Sequence record: NC_047767.1
DNA from: Staphylococcus phage vB_SscM-1
Direction: 5' to 3' (one strand)
Length of the DNA stretch: 64,000 nt
Shown: piece by piece, positions 9,100-18,244 of the stretch
How positions within the stretch are numbered: the stretch's first letter is position 1
Layout of the letters: every line of letters starts with the position of its first letter
The notes under the pieces: generated by a model
Told to the model about the DNA's origin: nothing
Seen by the model: the letters and a program-made list of their open reading frames with translations, nothing else
Databases searched by the model: none
Position numbers and translations under genes: made by a program

Positions 9100-9285
9100 A
9101 TGAAAGATACAATCAAAATGTACCAAGAAAGAATCAAATACTTCACGAAAGAGATTCACAGAATGCTAGACCTAATCGACAACGCAGAAATTCACGAACT
9201 GAATGATATCCTAGCAAGTGTGGACGACCTAAGATTCTTAAGAGCAGATGCTGAAAGAATGCTAGAATTTTATGAAGCAAGATAA
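9100..9285 (+). CDS. Hypothetical early protein (61 aa)
   Basis: Conserved promoter-leader; AGGAG then 8 nt then ATG. Confidence 0.55.
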   Translation: MKDTIKMYQERIKYFTKEIHRMLDLIDNAEIHELNDILASVDDLRFLRADAERMLEFYEAR

Positions 9286-9292
9286 AATGAGT

Positions 9293-9320
9293 AAGGGAAT
9301 TAATTCCCTTGCTTTTTTAT
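9293..9320 (+). terminator. Terminator AAGGGAATTAATTCCCTT plus T6
   Basis: Perfect palindrome followed by GCTTTTTT. Confidence 0.65.
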
Positions 9321-9483
9321 TTGTCTTGAATTAACTTGCACACAATGTAATCTATTCTAATTAGATTGTACACAATATAACCCACCCCGTGCGTTTTCAA
9401 CACATTGTGCACAACCTAATATCAGCTACGGGTGCTACCTGAGGTTCATATTTTTCGTGCTTAAATATAATTTTAAAAAATTT

Positions 9484-9660
9484 CCTAAATAAGGTAAATA
9501 TAAAAGTCAACATCCATACCCCCTTATTTAAAGTCAACATTACTAGCCCTTAACCCTCCCCCTATAATAAAAAATTAGGAAAGGGTAATTTATAAAAGTC
9601 AACATTTATAGTATATCTATAAAAGTCAACATCTACAACCCTTTCCTAAAAGTCAACACT
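9484..9660. repeat. Five direct iterons (T)AAAGTCAACA(T/C) at the early plus / minus-block strand switch
   Basis: Copies at about 9504, 9530, 9596, 9626 and 9651; no -10 box at promoter spacing, so they are not simple promoters. Confidence 0.55.
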
Positions 9661-10690
9661 ACTTATTATATACCTCCCTATATCTACACTTAATAAGTAC
9701 AGGGTCTACATAGGTATATTGGTTAAGGCTCCCTATGATATGATTGAATGTGCTCCTACGTGCATCCACCTCTATATAAGTTATATCATTGTCCTTACAA
9801 TACTGTTTCTTTATTATGTCCGATTCCTTAGTAATTTTATGGCTCATATATCCTGTTACTTCTTGATAGTGTTGCATACCATGTACTTCTACTGCTGTAT
9901 GAGATTCAGGTAAGTAGAAATCAAAACGTTTCAATCCTAGGTCTTTAAACTTGTACTCTCTTATATAAGGTATATTAAGTATATCTAGATAGGCTTGTGT
10001 GACCCTCTCACCGAAAGATGAATAAGATTTAGTACAAGTACACTTATAGGTATCACTTGTTAAGTCTAGCACCCTTATACTTTTTTTAGTATGGCAATTA
10101 GGGCAAGTTGTTGATATTCTACTTCTAGATGAGTATCTATAGTTGAAGAGGTCTTCTCTATTAGTTACATATTGGTGTATATGCTTATGGTGGTAAAGCA
10201 ACTTACTCTGCGGTACTGTGCTGTGTGGTACGTAGCTATCTCCTTTTATTGCTTTGAGTTTTTGATTAGAGATTATACCATATACTTCTTCCCTTATATT
10301 ATAGACTAAATAAAAGTACGTATCTGCTTCCTTTTTAACTGCTAGTATCTCACACCCTTTTACCTTATCTCCTACTTTATAGTCTTGCATCGTGTACTTC
10401 TTATTTTGTGTTGTGATATAGTTAAGCTTAACTCTCTTTAAGTTATTGACTTGTTGTGTGAACGTTTTATTGTTATACGTAATATCTATAAGCACGGTCT
10501 TAGACTGACTAGGACTATACTTAAGGTGTAAGTGACCTTCTATATCATGATACTTAAATGGTACGGTATGGTTCGTAGCTTTCCAATATATAGACTTGCC
10601 ACGTCTTGGTAATGTAGATAGGTCTATAAAGTTAGTTATACCTGTCTTAGTCTCTGAATAATAAATGTTATTGTTATTATAGTATTTCAT
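9659..10690 (-). CDS. Free-standing homing-endonuclease-like protein with a Vsr/DUF559-like nuclease C-terminus (343 aa)
   Basis: C-terminal RFDFYLPES..VEVHG..H..K..D motif shared with 43287-44219 and 60856-61788; RBS AAAGGAG; promoter 10715-10743. Confidence 0.55.
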   Translation of the reverse strand: MKYYNNNNIYYSETKTGITNFIDLSTLPRRGKSIYWKATNHTVPFKYHDIEGHLHLKYSPSQSKTVLIDITYNNKTFTQQVNNLKRVKLNYITTQNKKYTMQDYKVGDKVKGCEILAVKKEADTYFYLVYNIREEVYGIISNQKLKAIKGDSYVPHSTVPQSKLLYHHKHIHQYVTNREDLFNYRYSSRSRISTTCPNCHTKKSIRVLDLTSDTYKCTCTKSYSSFGERVTQAYLDILNIPYIREYKFKDLGLKRFDFYLPESHTAVEVHGMQHYQEVTGYMSHKITKESDIIKKQYCKDNDITYIEVDARRSTFNHIIGSLNQYTYVDPVLIKCRYREVYNK

Positions 10691-10714
10691 TAAAAAACAT
10701 CTCCTTTTTTTCTT

Positions 10715-10743
10715 ATTATAACATAAGAGTTTGGAGATGTCAA
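10715..10743 (-). promoter_or_regulatory. Consensus promoter TTGACA-N17-TATAAT (minus strand); a twin with the same TTGACATCTCCAAAC core lies at 11323-11351
   Basis: Counted on the reverse complement. Confidence 0.6.
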
Positions 10744-10899
10744 TAGGTTAAAGTATTTCTATTATAAGTGATATCGTACAAAGGATGATAAGTATAGCTA
10801 GTAATACAATACCTAAGACTCTATCTAAGTCGTCTCTGGCATCTACTATCATAAATACACTGAATATGAGAAGGAAGGCAAGTATAAAAGGCATTATCA

Positions 10900-11286
10900 T
10901 TACTTATCCTCCCCTAGTAAGTGTGGATTCTCAAATTTGTTGCCTATGATTTCTACATCAGTATCCCCTTGTTCATTAACGACTAGTTTCCAACTTTGAC
11001 CATTTTGCCATGCAGGATACATTAGCCAATATCCATCAATACGTCTCTTCACAACGCCAATTGCTTTATATCCCTCCGATATAGCTGTAACAATATCTCC
11101 CTCATATATCTCCTTACCGTTCTTATCTAATAGCCCAGTTGATTGTAAGAGTTCGATATCTTCGAAATTATCCACTTCGGTATATTTTCCATTCACCCAT
11201 ACAATCTCTTTATACTTATAATTAATTTCTTGAACATCAACAATCTTCTTGTGTATGTTTAAATATGCTCTAAACTTCGGTATCAT
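10900..11286 (-). CDS. YopX-family protein (128 aa)
   Basis: N-terminal MIPKFRAY.., C-terminal IIGNKFENPHLL; paralogous to 12165-12575 and 13313-13672. Confidence 0.65.
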   Translation of the reverse strand: MIPKFRAYLNIHKKIVDVQEINYKYKEIVWVNGKYTEVDNFEDIELLQSTGLLDKNGKEIYEGDIVTAISEGYKAIGVVKRRIDGYWLMYPAWQNGQSWKLVVNEQGDTDVEIIGNKFENPHLLGEDK

Positions 11287-11379
11287 TTATTTGTCCTCCT
11301 CTATAACATCTCATTTTGTCTTATTATATCATAGACGTTTGGAGATGTCAATTATTAATTTCCTCATACCATAATCTTA

Positions 11380-11592
11380 TTAGAACTTTAATATATATTT
11401 AAATTCCAATTCCTCATACTTAATATCTGCTATACTACTTGTTGGTATCTCTACATACTCACCATTACTAGATATTACATTTATTTTATCCTTACTAAAT
11501 ATCTCTCTTAGTACCTTATCATTATTAAATACAGAATAATATATATAAAGGTCATTATTTTTTGTTATTATTTTTATTAAGTGATAGTGCAT
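11380..11592 (-). CDS. Hypothetical protein (70 aa)
   Basis: RBS GGAGG then 8 nt then ATG. Confidence 0.5.
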   Translation of the reverse strand: MHYHLIKIITKNNDLYIYYSVFNNDKVLREIFSKDKINVISSNGEYVEIPTSSIADIKYEELEFKYILKF

Positions 11593-11604
11593 TATTATTC
11601 CTCC

Positions 11605-11760
11605 TTAGTCTTCGACAACAATGATAGGTCGTTCAAATTCACTATCTTTATACTCAACCTCAATTGTTATATCTTGTTCATCTGATGTTTTTAAATCAAC
11701 ATTTTCCCCATACCGTTCAGCAATATAGTTTAGTTCTTCTATCATCTCTTTTATTAGCAT
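11605..11760 (-). CDS. Small acidic hypothetical protein (51 aa; not in the ORF track)
   Basis: RBS AAGGAGG then 8 nt then ATG at 11760; translated by hand. Confidence 0.45.
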   Translation of the reverse strand: MLIKEMIEELNYIAERYGENVDLKTSDEQDITIEVEYKDSEFERPIIVVED

Positions 11761-11773
11761 TTAAAAGTCCTCC

Positions 11774-11938
11774 TTATTTTTCATCAAATTCTTGCAAAGT
11801 TTTTAATACTTTAAATCCTTCCATTTTAGAAACCCTACTACCAATAAAACGCTCTGGTGTATGTTCTATTTCTTCTAAGGCTTCTTCTGGATAACCGTCT
11901 GCTAGGTCTATAATAAAGTCTTCGTGCTCGTAGTCCAT
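11774..11938 (-). CDS. Small acidic hypothetical protein (54 aa; not in the ORF track)
   Basis: RBS AAGGAGGG then 6 nt then ATG at 11938. Confidence 0.45.
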   Translation of the reverse strand: MDYEHEDFIIDLADGYPEEALEEIEHTPERFIGSRVSKMEGFKVLKTLQEFDEK

Positions 11939-11981
11939 TAATTACCCTCCTTGTCTGGTTTTATAATTATTTATTAGTATC

Positions 11982-12164
11982 TTAAATTCCATAAGTTATT
12001 ACCAAAGAAATCATAAAAATAAAAGCAAAAAACATAAGAGTAAGTGCTGATATTGTAAATAACTTATTATATATTTCCTTTTCAATTGTCATTACTAAAA
12101 CAAATGATGTACCAAAAAAGAAAAAAGATGTTATCATTAGTAAGCATAATATAGTTAGTATCAT
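11982..12164 (-). CDS. Small membrane protein (60 aa, two TM segments)
   Basis: Hydrophobic; ATG directly after the upstream TAA; RBS GAGGAGG. Confidence 0.5.
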   Translation of the reverse strand: MILTILCLLMITSFFFFGTSFVLVMTIEKEIYNKLFTISALTLMFFAFIFMISLVITYGI

Positions 12165-12575
12165 TTACTTGTCCTCCTCTAGTAAGTGTTCATCCTGATA
12201 AACATTTCCTAGTATTTCAATTTCCAATGTATTTGTATAACTTTTAAAATAAAAATCAGTTAAAGGTATATTTTTAGAGATATGTAATCCTTCAATATAA
12301 AATCCACCTTTTACTTTTTTAACTATACCTCTTAAATAAATTGTTCCTTCTAACGTGCGTACATCGACAATTTGAGATTCAAATACTTCATTACCATTCT
12401 TATCTAATAGTCCAGTCGATTGTAGTAGTTCGATATCTGAAAAATGGATAAAATCTCCCATATCTTCTTCATCAAATACTTCTTTAGTCCATACACCCTC
12501 TGCATCATAATTAATTCCATGAACATTTAACATTTCTTTTTCCCATTTATCCCATGCTCTAAACTTCTGTATCAT
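12165..12575 (-). CDS. YopX-family protein (136 aa)
   Basis: MIQKFRAWDK.., ..ILGNVYQDEHLLE. Confidence 0.7.
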   Translation of the reverse strand: MIQKFRAWDKWEKEMLNVHGINYDAEGVWTKEVFDEEDMGDFIHFSDIELLQSTGLLDKNGNEVFESQIVDVRTLEGTIYLRGIVKKVKGGFYIEGLHISKNIPLTDFYFKSYTNTLEIEILGNVYQDEHLLEEDK

Positions 12576-12594
12576 CTAATCTCTCCTCCATTGT

Positions 12595-13131
12595 TTAACT
12601 TATGTGCTTCCACGAACGTTTATTTTTCACATCTCTAATAGCTTGTTCTGATACATTAAACATTAATGACAATTCTTTAACTGTTTTTGAGCTCTCTCTT
12701 ATATATTTAACTTTTTCTTCATTTAGTTTAGCTGAATGTTGTTTTTCTCCTCTGCTCACGTTAGCTAATCCATATTCATGAGCGTGAATTGAATTTTCTG
12801 TAGGTGTTGACCATTCCAAATTTTCTAAATTAGAATTTTGTTTATTCCCGTCTATATGATTAACATATGCTTTATTAAGGGGGTTAGGTAGAAAGGCAGT
12901 TGCAACAATTCTATGAACTAAATGCCTTTTACATTTTCCGTTTATACATAAATTTACCATTGGATAACCTGCGTTTCCTAAATACTGTGACATTTGTCTA
13001 CCTTTTATTTTCATGTTACTCGTTTTACGTTGTATAACCCTGTCTAAACTTTTTATATTACCTAAATTACTAACCTCATAAAAACCCTCATATCCTTTTA
13101 CATCTTTCCATTCCTCATACTCATACGCCAT
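12595..13131 (-). CDS. HNH homing endonuclease (NUMOD4-like N-terminus, HNH_3 core, C-terminal HTH)
   Basis: EGFYEVSNLG; HRIVA..NHIDGNKQNSNLENLEW..N motif. Confidence 0.75.
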   Translation of the reverse strand: MAYEYEEWKDVKGYEGFYEVSNLGNIKSLDRVIQRKTSNMKIKGRQMSQYLGNAGYPMVNLCINGKCKRHLVHRIVATAFLPNPLNKAYVNHIDGNKQNSNLENLEWSTPTENSIHAHEYGLANVSRGEKQHSAKLNEEKVKYIRESSKTVKELSLMFNVSEQAIRDVKNKRSWKHIS

Positions 13132-13136
13132 ATTAA

Positions 13137-13310
13137 TTACACCCTTTCCATTTTTTTATTCATATAAGGTAAACTTTTATAGAAATCTCTAGCTTGATGC
13201 TTGTAATAAAATCTTTTACCTTGTGACTTTCCTTCATCGTCTACCCACAATACATTCCATTGGTTCATATCTAATGTGTCTGTAATATCTTGGAATATCT
13301 TTCTAATCAT
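13137..13310 (-). CDS. Small hypothetical protein (57 aa; not in the ORF track)
   Basis: GGAGAG RBS; translated by hand; stop overlaps the HNH start region. Confidence 0.35.
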   Translation of the reverse strand: MIRKIFQDITDTLDMNQWNVLWVDDEGKSQGKRFYYKHQARDFYKSLPYMNKKMERV

Positions 13311-13312
13311 AA

Positions 13313-13672
13313 TTAATTACTCTCCTTTAGTAAATTGTGGTTCTCGAACTTGTTTCCTACTTTCTCTAGTATAGGGCTGTAATCATATAAGGATAACCCA
13401 TCTACTTTCCATTCTCCACTAGGTTCTTGGTATACGTAACTATAGTAGGTTCCTAACTTATCTTCGAACCGTAAAATATCTCCATCATATATTAAACTAC
13501 CATCTCTGTCTCTCATGTTAGTACATTCTATAAAGTCTACATCTTCAAAACTAAGTAATTTACTATTTCCGTACCTCCAATAGTTAGATACTATAGCCTT
13601 ATTTTTAAAGTCTATAAAGGAGATGTCTACAATCTCCTTATTTACCTTATCCCATGCCTTATAGTTTTTCAT
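13313..13672 (-). CDS. YopX-family protein (119 aa)
   Basis: MKNYKAWDK.., ..VGNKFENHNLL. Confidence 0.65.
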   Translation of the reverse strand: MKNYKAWDKVNKEIVDISFIDFKNKAIVSNYWRYGNSKLLSFEDVDFIECTNMRDRDGSLIYDGDILRFEDKLGTYYSYVYQEPSGEWKVDGLSLYDYSPILEKVGNKFENHNLLKESN

Positions 13673-13869
13673 TTGTAATCTCCTTTATACGTTATTCTAT
13701 AAAACCTTTTTCTTTATCCCATAATAAGTAACTTACTTTATCACCTTCCATAAGGTAAACTTGGTAAGCCATATTCTTATGTTCCTTGCAAACTCTAGTA
13801 ATTCTGCTAAGCTCATTTGTTCTTCTGCTTTATTCATAATTATCATTCTCCTTTATTGTTTATAATAGT

Positions 13870-13936
13870 ATTATACCATGCTTTACTGTTGTTGTCAACT
13901 AATAATTAAAAAAAAGACTACAAAATGTAGTCTTAA
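13870..13936 (-). promoter_or_regulatory. Terminator (AAGACTACA..TGTAGTCTT plus T-run) followed by consensus promoter TTGACA-N17-TATAAT
   Basis: Reverse complement read directly; same module as at 17532, 19658, 27936 and 33935. Confidence 0.6.
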
Positions 13937-13940
13937 TTAA

Positions 13941-14297
13941 TTATTCCTTATCTTTGGTAGGATAAACTTCTACACCCCAAGAATTTTGGTCTTTACCTGA
14001 GGATGATACTTCTAATGGAATTAAACCACCTAATCCTGCCTCTAAGATAATCTTTGCTGTATCTAATGAGATAGGATTATCACCCGATGCTATCGTATTT
14101 TGTGTGAAAGATGATGCTACATTAATTTCATTGTTGTACACATAAAATACAACTAAGTCCTTCTCTGTTATACTGACCGGGTAAATATGATGTGTATTAC
14201 CAGGGTTATCAAATGCAACTGTACCCATTAATGGTATTTTACCTTGTTGTACATTGTACTTGCTTAATAGCTCTTCTAATTCTTTTTTCATATCCAT
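13941..14297 (-). CDS. Hypothetical protein (118 aa)
   Basis: ORF track. Confidence 0.55.
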   Translation of the reverse strand: MDMKKELEELLSKYNVQQGKIPLMGTVAFDNPGNTHHIYPVSITEKDLVVFYVYNNEINVASSFTQNTIASGDNPISLDTAKIILEAGLGGLIPLEVSSSGKDQNSWGVEVYPTKDKE

Positions 14298-14309
14298 TTG
14301 AATTTCTCC

Positions 14310-14672
14310 TTAACCTCTATATTCCCATTGTAAGGGGTCATTTTTAAACTCAGACTTAAAGTATTGTGAACCTTCTATATAGCCCTTAATGTCCTCTAAA
14401 GTCGTATCTTTTAATACTTCAACACCATATACTTTTAATGTGTGAGTTCCACTAGTACTTTCAATTGTTAAACTAGGTACAACAAAATCATGACCTTTAC
14501 CTACACCATAAACAACCGTTTTCTGTACTACCGTTACTTTATCTGAATTATATGGTTGGTAAATATTAACTAATTTGTTTGTGCCATTCTCTAATCCAAT
14601 AGCTACTTTCATGTTACCTACTTTAAAATCCGTGTTATCCTTTAGCCACTCGATAATATCATTTGTGTTCAT
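14310..14672 (-). CDS. Hypothetical protein (120 aa)
   Basis: ORF track. Confidence 0.55.
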   Translation of the reverse strand: MNTNDIIEWLKDNTDFKVGNMKVAIGLENGTNKLVNIYQPYNSDKVTVVQKTVVYGVGKGHDFVVPSLTIESTSGTHTLKVYGVEVLKDTTLEDIKGYIEGSQYFKSEFKNDPLQWEYRG

Positions 14673-14686
14673 CTAAATCCTCCTTA

Positions 14687-14917
14687 TTAAAATAAACTTT
14701 TTAATGGTTCTCCTACTACTTCTATATAACTTTTATCATGACTAATATTAACTTCTTTTACAGTATAATTTTCGGGTAGTCGTTCAAGAGCAACGCCTAT
14801 AATAATTTTAAAAACATCTTTCTCTGCTTCACAATAACCTACTCTTACTTTGATATCATTACCTGTTCCCATATTTGATACATGATTAATTTCATCTGAT
14901 TTTATTCTTCTTGTCAT
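14687..14917 (-). CDS. Hypothetical protein (76 aa)
   Basis: ORF track. Confidence 0.5.
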   Translation of the reverse strand: MTRRIKSDEINHVSNMGTGNDIKVRVGYCEAEKDVFKIIIGVALERLPENYTVKEVNISHDKSYIEVVGEPLKSLF

Positions 14918-14931
14918 TATATTTTCTCTCC

Positions 14932-15315
14932 TTAGTCTTTATAATCTGGTTTTACTGGAACCCACATTTTTGGATTATAGTTAATTTCATATTGGTACTT
15001 AGAAACGTTTTTAGTTGTTACATCTTCTACCACATATGAAACATTATCTGATAGCCCAATGATATGTTTTTGATATTTTCCGTCTTTTTCTTCCACTACA
15101 ATTTCTAGTTGGTCATCTTCCTTATCTGCCTTAATAGACATTCTTCCTGACATTTGGAAGATGACGTCATTTTTAATAGCGTTAATAACGGTTACCTTTC
15201 TTACTACATTAAAGTTGTCTGACTCCTTAGACATGTTAGAGCTTACCCTATCTGCCTGTGAACAACCGGATAAAACTAATACTAATAGTGTTACAATTAC
15301 TAATAACTTTTTCAT
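14932..15315 (-). CDS. Putative lipoprotein (signal peptide plus lipobox LSGC)
   Basis: MKKLLVIVTLLVLVLSGCSQ. Confidence 0.6.
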   Translation of the reverse strand: MKKLLVIVTLLVLVLSGCSQADRVSSNMSKESDNFNVVRKVTVINAIKNDVIFQMSGRMSIKADKEDDQLEIVVEEKDGKYQKHIIGLSDNVSYVVEDVTTKNVSKYQYEINYNPKMWVPVKPDYKD

Positions 15316-15329
15316 ATTTTCCTCCTTAT

Positions 15330-15860
15330 TTAAACTAACATAGTTCCTACTGATTTATCGGCTTCTTCCTTCTCGGTCTCATCCATAAGAATAATTTCTC
15401 CTGGACTGAATAATCCCTCTGTATTAAAAGCTTTATCTCTAGAATATACTTTTAATGTTGGAAAATCTTCTTTTAACTGCTTAGCAATATACTCCCTACT
15501 CACAACTAATTTTAAGTCATGTCTAATTGCAAGGTATACTAATGTTGATGTCTTACCTATACCTCTTCTTAAAGTATAACTATCAATTCTACAAGACCTA
15601 TTGTCTTTAAGGGCACTAGTAAATATATCATGTAAATTATGATTAATATACTTAATTAAAATATTAAGTGATGCTTCTTTTTGTTTTTCTCTGTTGGATA
15701 CTCTAAAACTAAGCTTATGAGTTATCTCTGAGTCCTCCTCATCAATTCCACCATTCATAAATTCTTCTTGAGAAATTGAGGTAGGTTCTAATACACCTAA
15801 ATTAATATCTCTAATTATCTCTTCTAACTTTTCAATACATTCTCTTTTCATATTCATCAT
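15330..15860 (-). CDS. Hypothetical protein (176 aa)
   Basis: ORF track; contains RRGIGKTST, a degenerate P-loop-like motif. Confidence 0.5.
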   Translation of the reverse strand: MMNMKRECIEKLEEIIRDINLGVLEPTSISQEEFMNGGIDEEDSEITHKLSFRVSNREKQKEASLNILIKYINHNLHDIFTSALKDNRSCRIDSYTLRRGIGKTSTLVYLAIRHDLKLVVSREYIAKQLKEDFPTLKVYSRDKAFNTEGLFSPGEIILMDETEKEEADKSVGTMLV

Positions 15861-16339
15861 TTTTCCTCCTTATAATCTTTATATGTTTTCTTTAATACGT
15901 TACATAACATGTTTAATATAAATGTTGTTCCTGCAAACACGACAAGTATAACTAGTAATATAAAGTCCTCTTGTACTTTAAATGATGTGAGTACTACATA
16001 ACATACAAATGAACTTATATATACTATTACTAACATGTAGATAATAGCCACCATGAATTCTTTAATTGATGGTCGTAAACTAGTATCCTCATCTGTTATC
16101 GCCTTAAATATACCTAATAGTATTCCTATTATAGTAACAAAGGATAATGGACTCAGTTCAGGTAATCCTATATAGTCTAGTAAATGGGAAACACCTATCA
16201 TAAATCCAATAGCCATAGCTAAAAATGCTATGGGAATACCTACAGCTAACAGATATATACCTATATAAGGTATACTATTTATTATACCACTCTTAATTGA
16301 TTTTGTCAAGTTACTTATAAATAATTTTAGAAATTTCAT
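15857..16339 (-). CDS. Membrane protein (160 aa, several TM segments)
   Basis: Hydrophobic profile. Confidence 0.55.
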   Translation of the reverse strand: MKFLKLFISNLTKSIKSGIINSIPYIGIYLLAVGIPIAFLAMAIGFMIGVSHLLDYIGLPELSPLSFVTIIGILLGIFKAITDEDTSLRPSIKEFMVAIIYMLVIVYISSFVCYVVLTSFKVQEDFILLVILVVFAGTTFILNMLCNVLKKTYKDYKEEK

Positions 16340-16782
16340 GATAAATTCTCCCTAACAGAATTTTTTTCTGTTACTGTAACTCTTAGTATACTACCATACT
16401 CTACTTCCTTTTGATTGATATTATAATTATCATTGAATTCATTAAAATCGACATAAATATAATCATTAGTTCCATCTTTATAAATTAAGTCCACTGCTGT
16501 AATGTCTGAATAATTTGTTATCATGTCATACACATTTGAGGGGTCTAAATCAAAAGCCATATCACTAAAACTTGTTTGTAATATTTCTCTAGAGTTAAGA
16601 ATCTCTATACTAAAATACTTACATCTCTTTGAATTACTTTTGTGCTGAACCCCGTCAGAACTTTCTCCGTAAAAACTCATAGTTTCAGTAACTTCTTCTA
16701 TATGAAAGTTATTTACTTGGTTAGGCTCTAATCTTACCACATCACAATTTTCTAATACTAGGTCTATATACTCTAATTTCAT
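16336..16782 (-). CDS. Hypothetical protein (148 aa)
   Basis: ORF track; 4-nt overlap with the downstream gene. Confidence 0.5.
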   Translation of the reverse strand: MKLEYIDLVLENCDVVRLEPNQVNNFHIEEVTETMSFYGESSDGVQHKSNSKRCKYFSIEILNSREILQTSFSDMAFDLDPSNVYDMITNYSDITAVDLIYKDGTNDYIYVDFNEFNDNYNINQKEVEYGSILRVTVTEKNSVRENLS

Positions 16783-16843
16783 TAATATTTCCTCCTTTTT
16801 TTAATTATAACATATTAGGTAGTTAATGTCAATACTTACTATA

Positions 16844-17086
16844 CTATCTCTCATAAGGTACTGTATAAGCATAGTCTATTACTAATAATAGTAGTTGTTC
16901 CCCCTCTTCACTATCCCAATACTCTTCACGGAAACCATGGTGTACTTGAAATTCTATAAGTGAAGTCCTATCAACTGTTATAAGTAGTCTTTTTTCTTTA
17001 ACATCCCATATGTTTATTCCCGTATCATTCACATGCAATTTAAGACGTAATTCATCTAGTCGTTTTATAAATTCATATTCACTCAC
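16844..17086 (-). CDS. Hypothetical protein (80 aa)
   Basis: ORF track. Confidence 0.5.
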   Translation of the reverse strand: MSEYEFIKRLDELRLKLHVNDTGINIWDVKEKRLLITVDRTSLIEFQVHHGFREEYWDSEEGEQLLLLVIDYAYTVPYER

Positions 17087-17500
17087 TTAAAATACCTCCT
17101 CTATCATCTCTCCATCTTTCCAAATTAACACTAAATTTTTATCTTCATCTTCAGTATAAAAATGAGTTATTTCACAATCAACAGGTAAATTTTTTAACCT
17201 ACTGTTTATAGTCGTTCTATCATACAAATAACTCACGTTACCTAGTTTTCCTATACATCTTGATACCAAATCCAATTTTGTATCCTCTGTTATTTCCACT
17301 TCAACTTTTACCTCAAACACATGGTGTATATTCACATCTCTCGATACAATAGGCATAGCATTTTCATTAAAGTGAATAATTGCCTTCTCTTTACACTTCT
17401 CATTTATAGCCTCAAGAATTATATTTTTAATATTGTTCTGAATTCCATAAGTAATAAGTTCATGTGCTGTCATGTCTACTTTTTGTTTTATTGTTGGCAT
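17087..17500 (-). CDS. Hypothetical protein (137 aa)
   Basis: ORF track. Confidence 0.5.
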   Translation of the reverse strand: MPTIKQKVDMTAHELITYGIQNNIKNIILEAINEKCKEKAIIHFNENAMPIVSRDVNIHHVFEVKVEVEITEDTKLDLVSRCIGKLGNVSYLYDRTTINSRLKNLPVDCEITHFYTEDEDKNLVLIWKDGEMIEEVF

Positions 17501-17531
17501 GTTTTAGCCCTCCTTTATTGATTATATAAGT

Positions 17532-17593
17532 ATTATAACATAGATAAAAGTAAGTGTCAACAAAAAAAACACCTAAAAATTAATTTAGGTGTT
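17532..17593 (-). promoter_or_regulatory. Terminator (ACACCTAAA..TTTAGGTGT plus T8) and consensus promoter TTGACA-N17-TATAAT
   Basis: Reverse complement read directly. Confidence 0.65.
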
Positions 17594-17786
17594 AAATAGT
17601 ATCTTCCCCATCAGTTGGGTAATATTCCCAATTCCAATGCCAACCATCACTTGTAAAGTGGTAGTAAGTACCATCCTTTACAAATGAATAATCATAGTTA
17701 CCTTCATGTAAAGGTCTAGTATTAAGCTCTTCATCATTATTCTTTACACGCTCTATTAATTCTAAAAAATCTACTTCAGGTGCCAT
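17592..17786 (-). CDS. Hypothetical protein (64 aa)
   Basis: ORF track. Confidence 0.45.
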   Translation of the reverse strand: MAPEVDFLELIERVKNNDEELNTRPLHEGNYDYSFVKDGTYYHFTSDGWHWNWEYYPTDGEDTI

Positions 17787-17791
17787 TATAA

Positions 17792-18202
17792 TTACTCCTT
17801 ATGAAATTTATTTTTGTAATCACTTTCGTAAGTTACATCAAAGCCTACAATATTGTCTTTGTTAATATAAATCTTTTTATTACTATTTTGGTCATCTATA
17901 CTATGACCTGCTTTTAAAGATTCTAAAATTTGTCTTAACTGGTGAGTTGTATAGTCATTCTTCGATAAAAGAATCTTGTATCCTTTAAGGAATATAGTAA
18001 TGTTCACAATATTACTTTCTGTTTCTATACCGTTAATAATGTCCTCTCCCTTCTTTAAGAGGTCTCTGTCAAACTTATCTCTGTAACTTTCTATCTTTTC
18101 ATACTCAGACTGTATTATATTCTTCTTAGCAAATTCTAGGTGCCAATACCTACTCTGAGTTATGAGGTGGTCTAATAAATTAAGCATATCCTTTTTATTC
18201 AA
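17792..18202 (-). CDS. Hypothetical protein (136 aa)
   Basis: ORF track. Confidence 0.5.
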   Translation of the reverse strand: MNKKDMLNLLDHLITQSRYWHLEFAKKNIIQSEYEKIESYRDKFDRDLLKKGEDIINGIETESNIVNITIFLKGYKILLSKNDYTTHQLRQILESLKAGHSIDDQNSNKKIYINKDNIVGFDVTYESDYKNKFHKE

Positions 18203-18244
18203 TGTAAAGACCTCTCTTCTATTTAGTCTATACTTAATATAATA

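Noticed and set aside
9504-9660. AAAGTCAACA iterons as a stack of minus-strand promoters (they contain TTGACT)
   Set aside because: No -10-like hexamer at 16-18 bp spacing for any copy. Retained as iterons instead.
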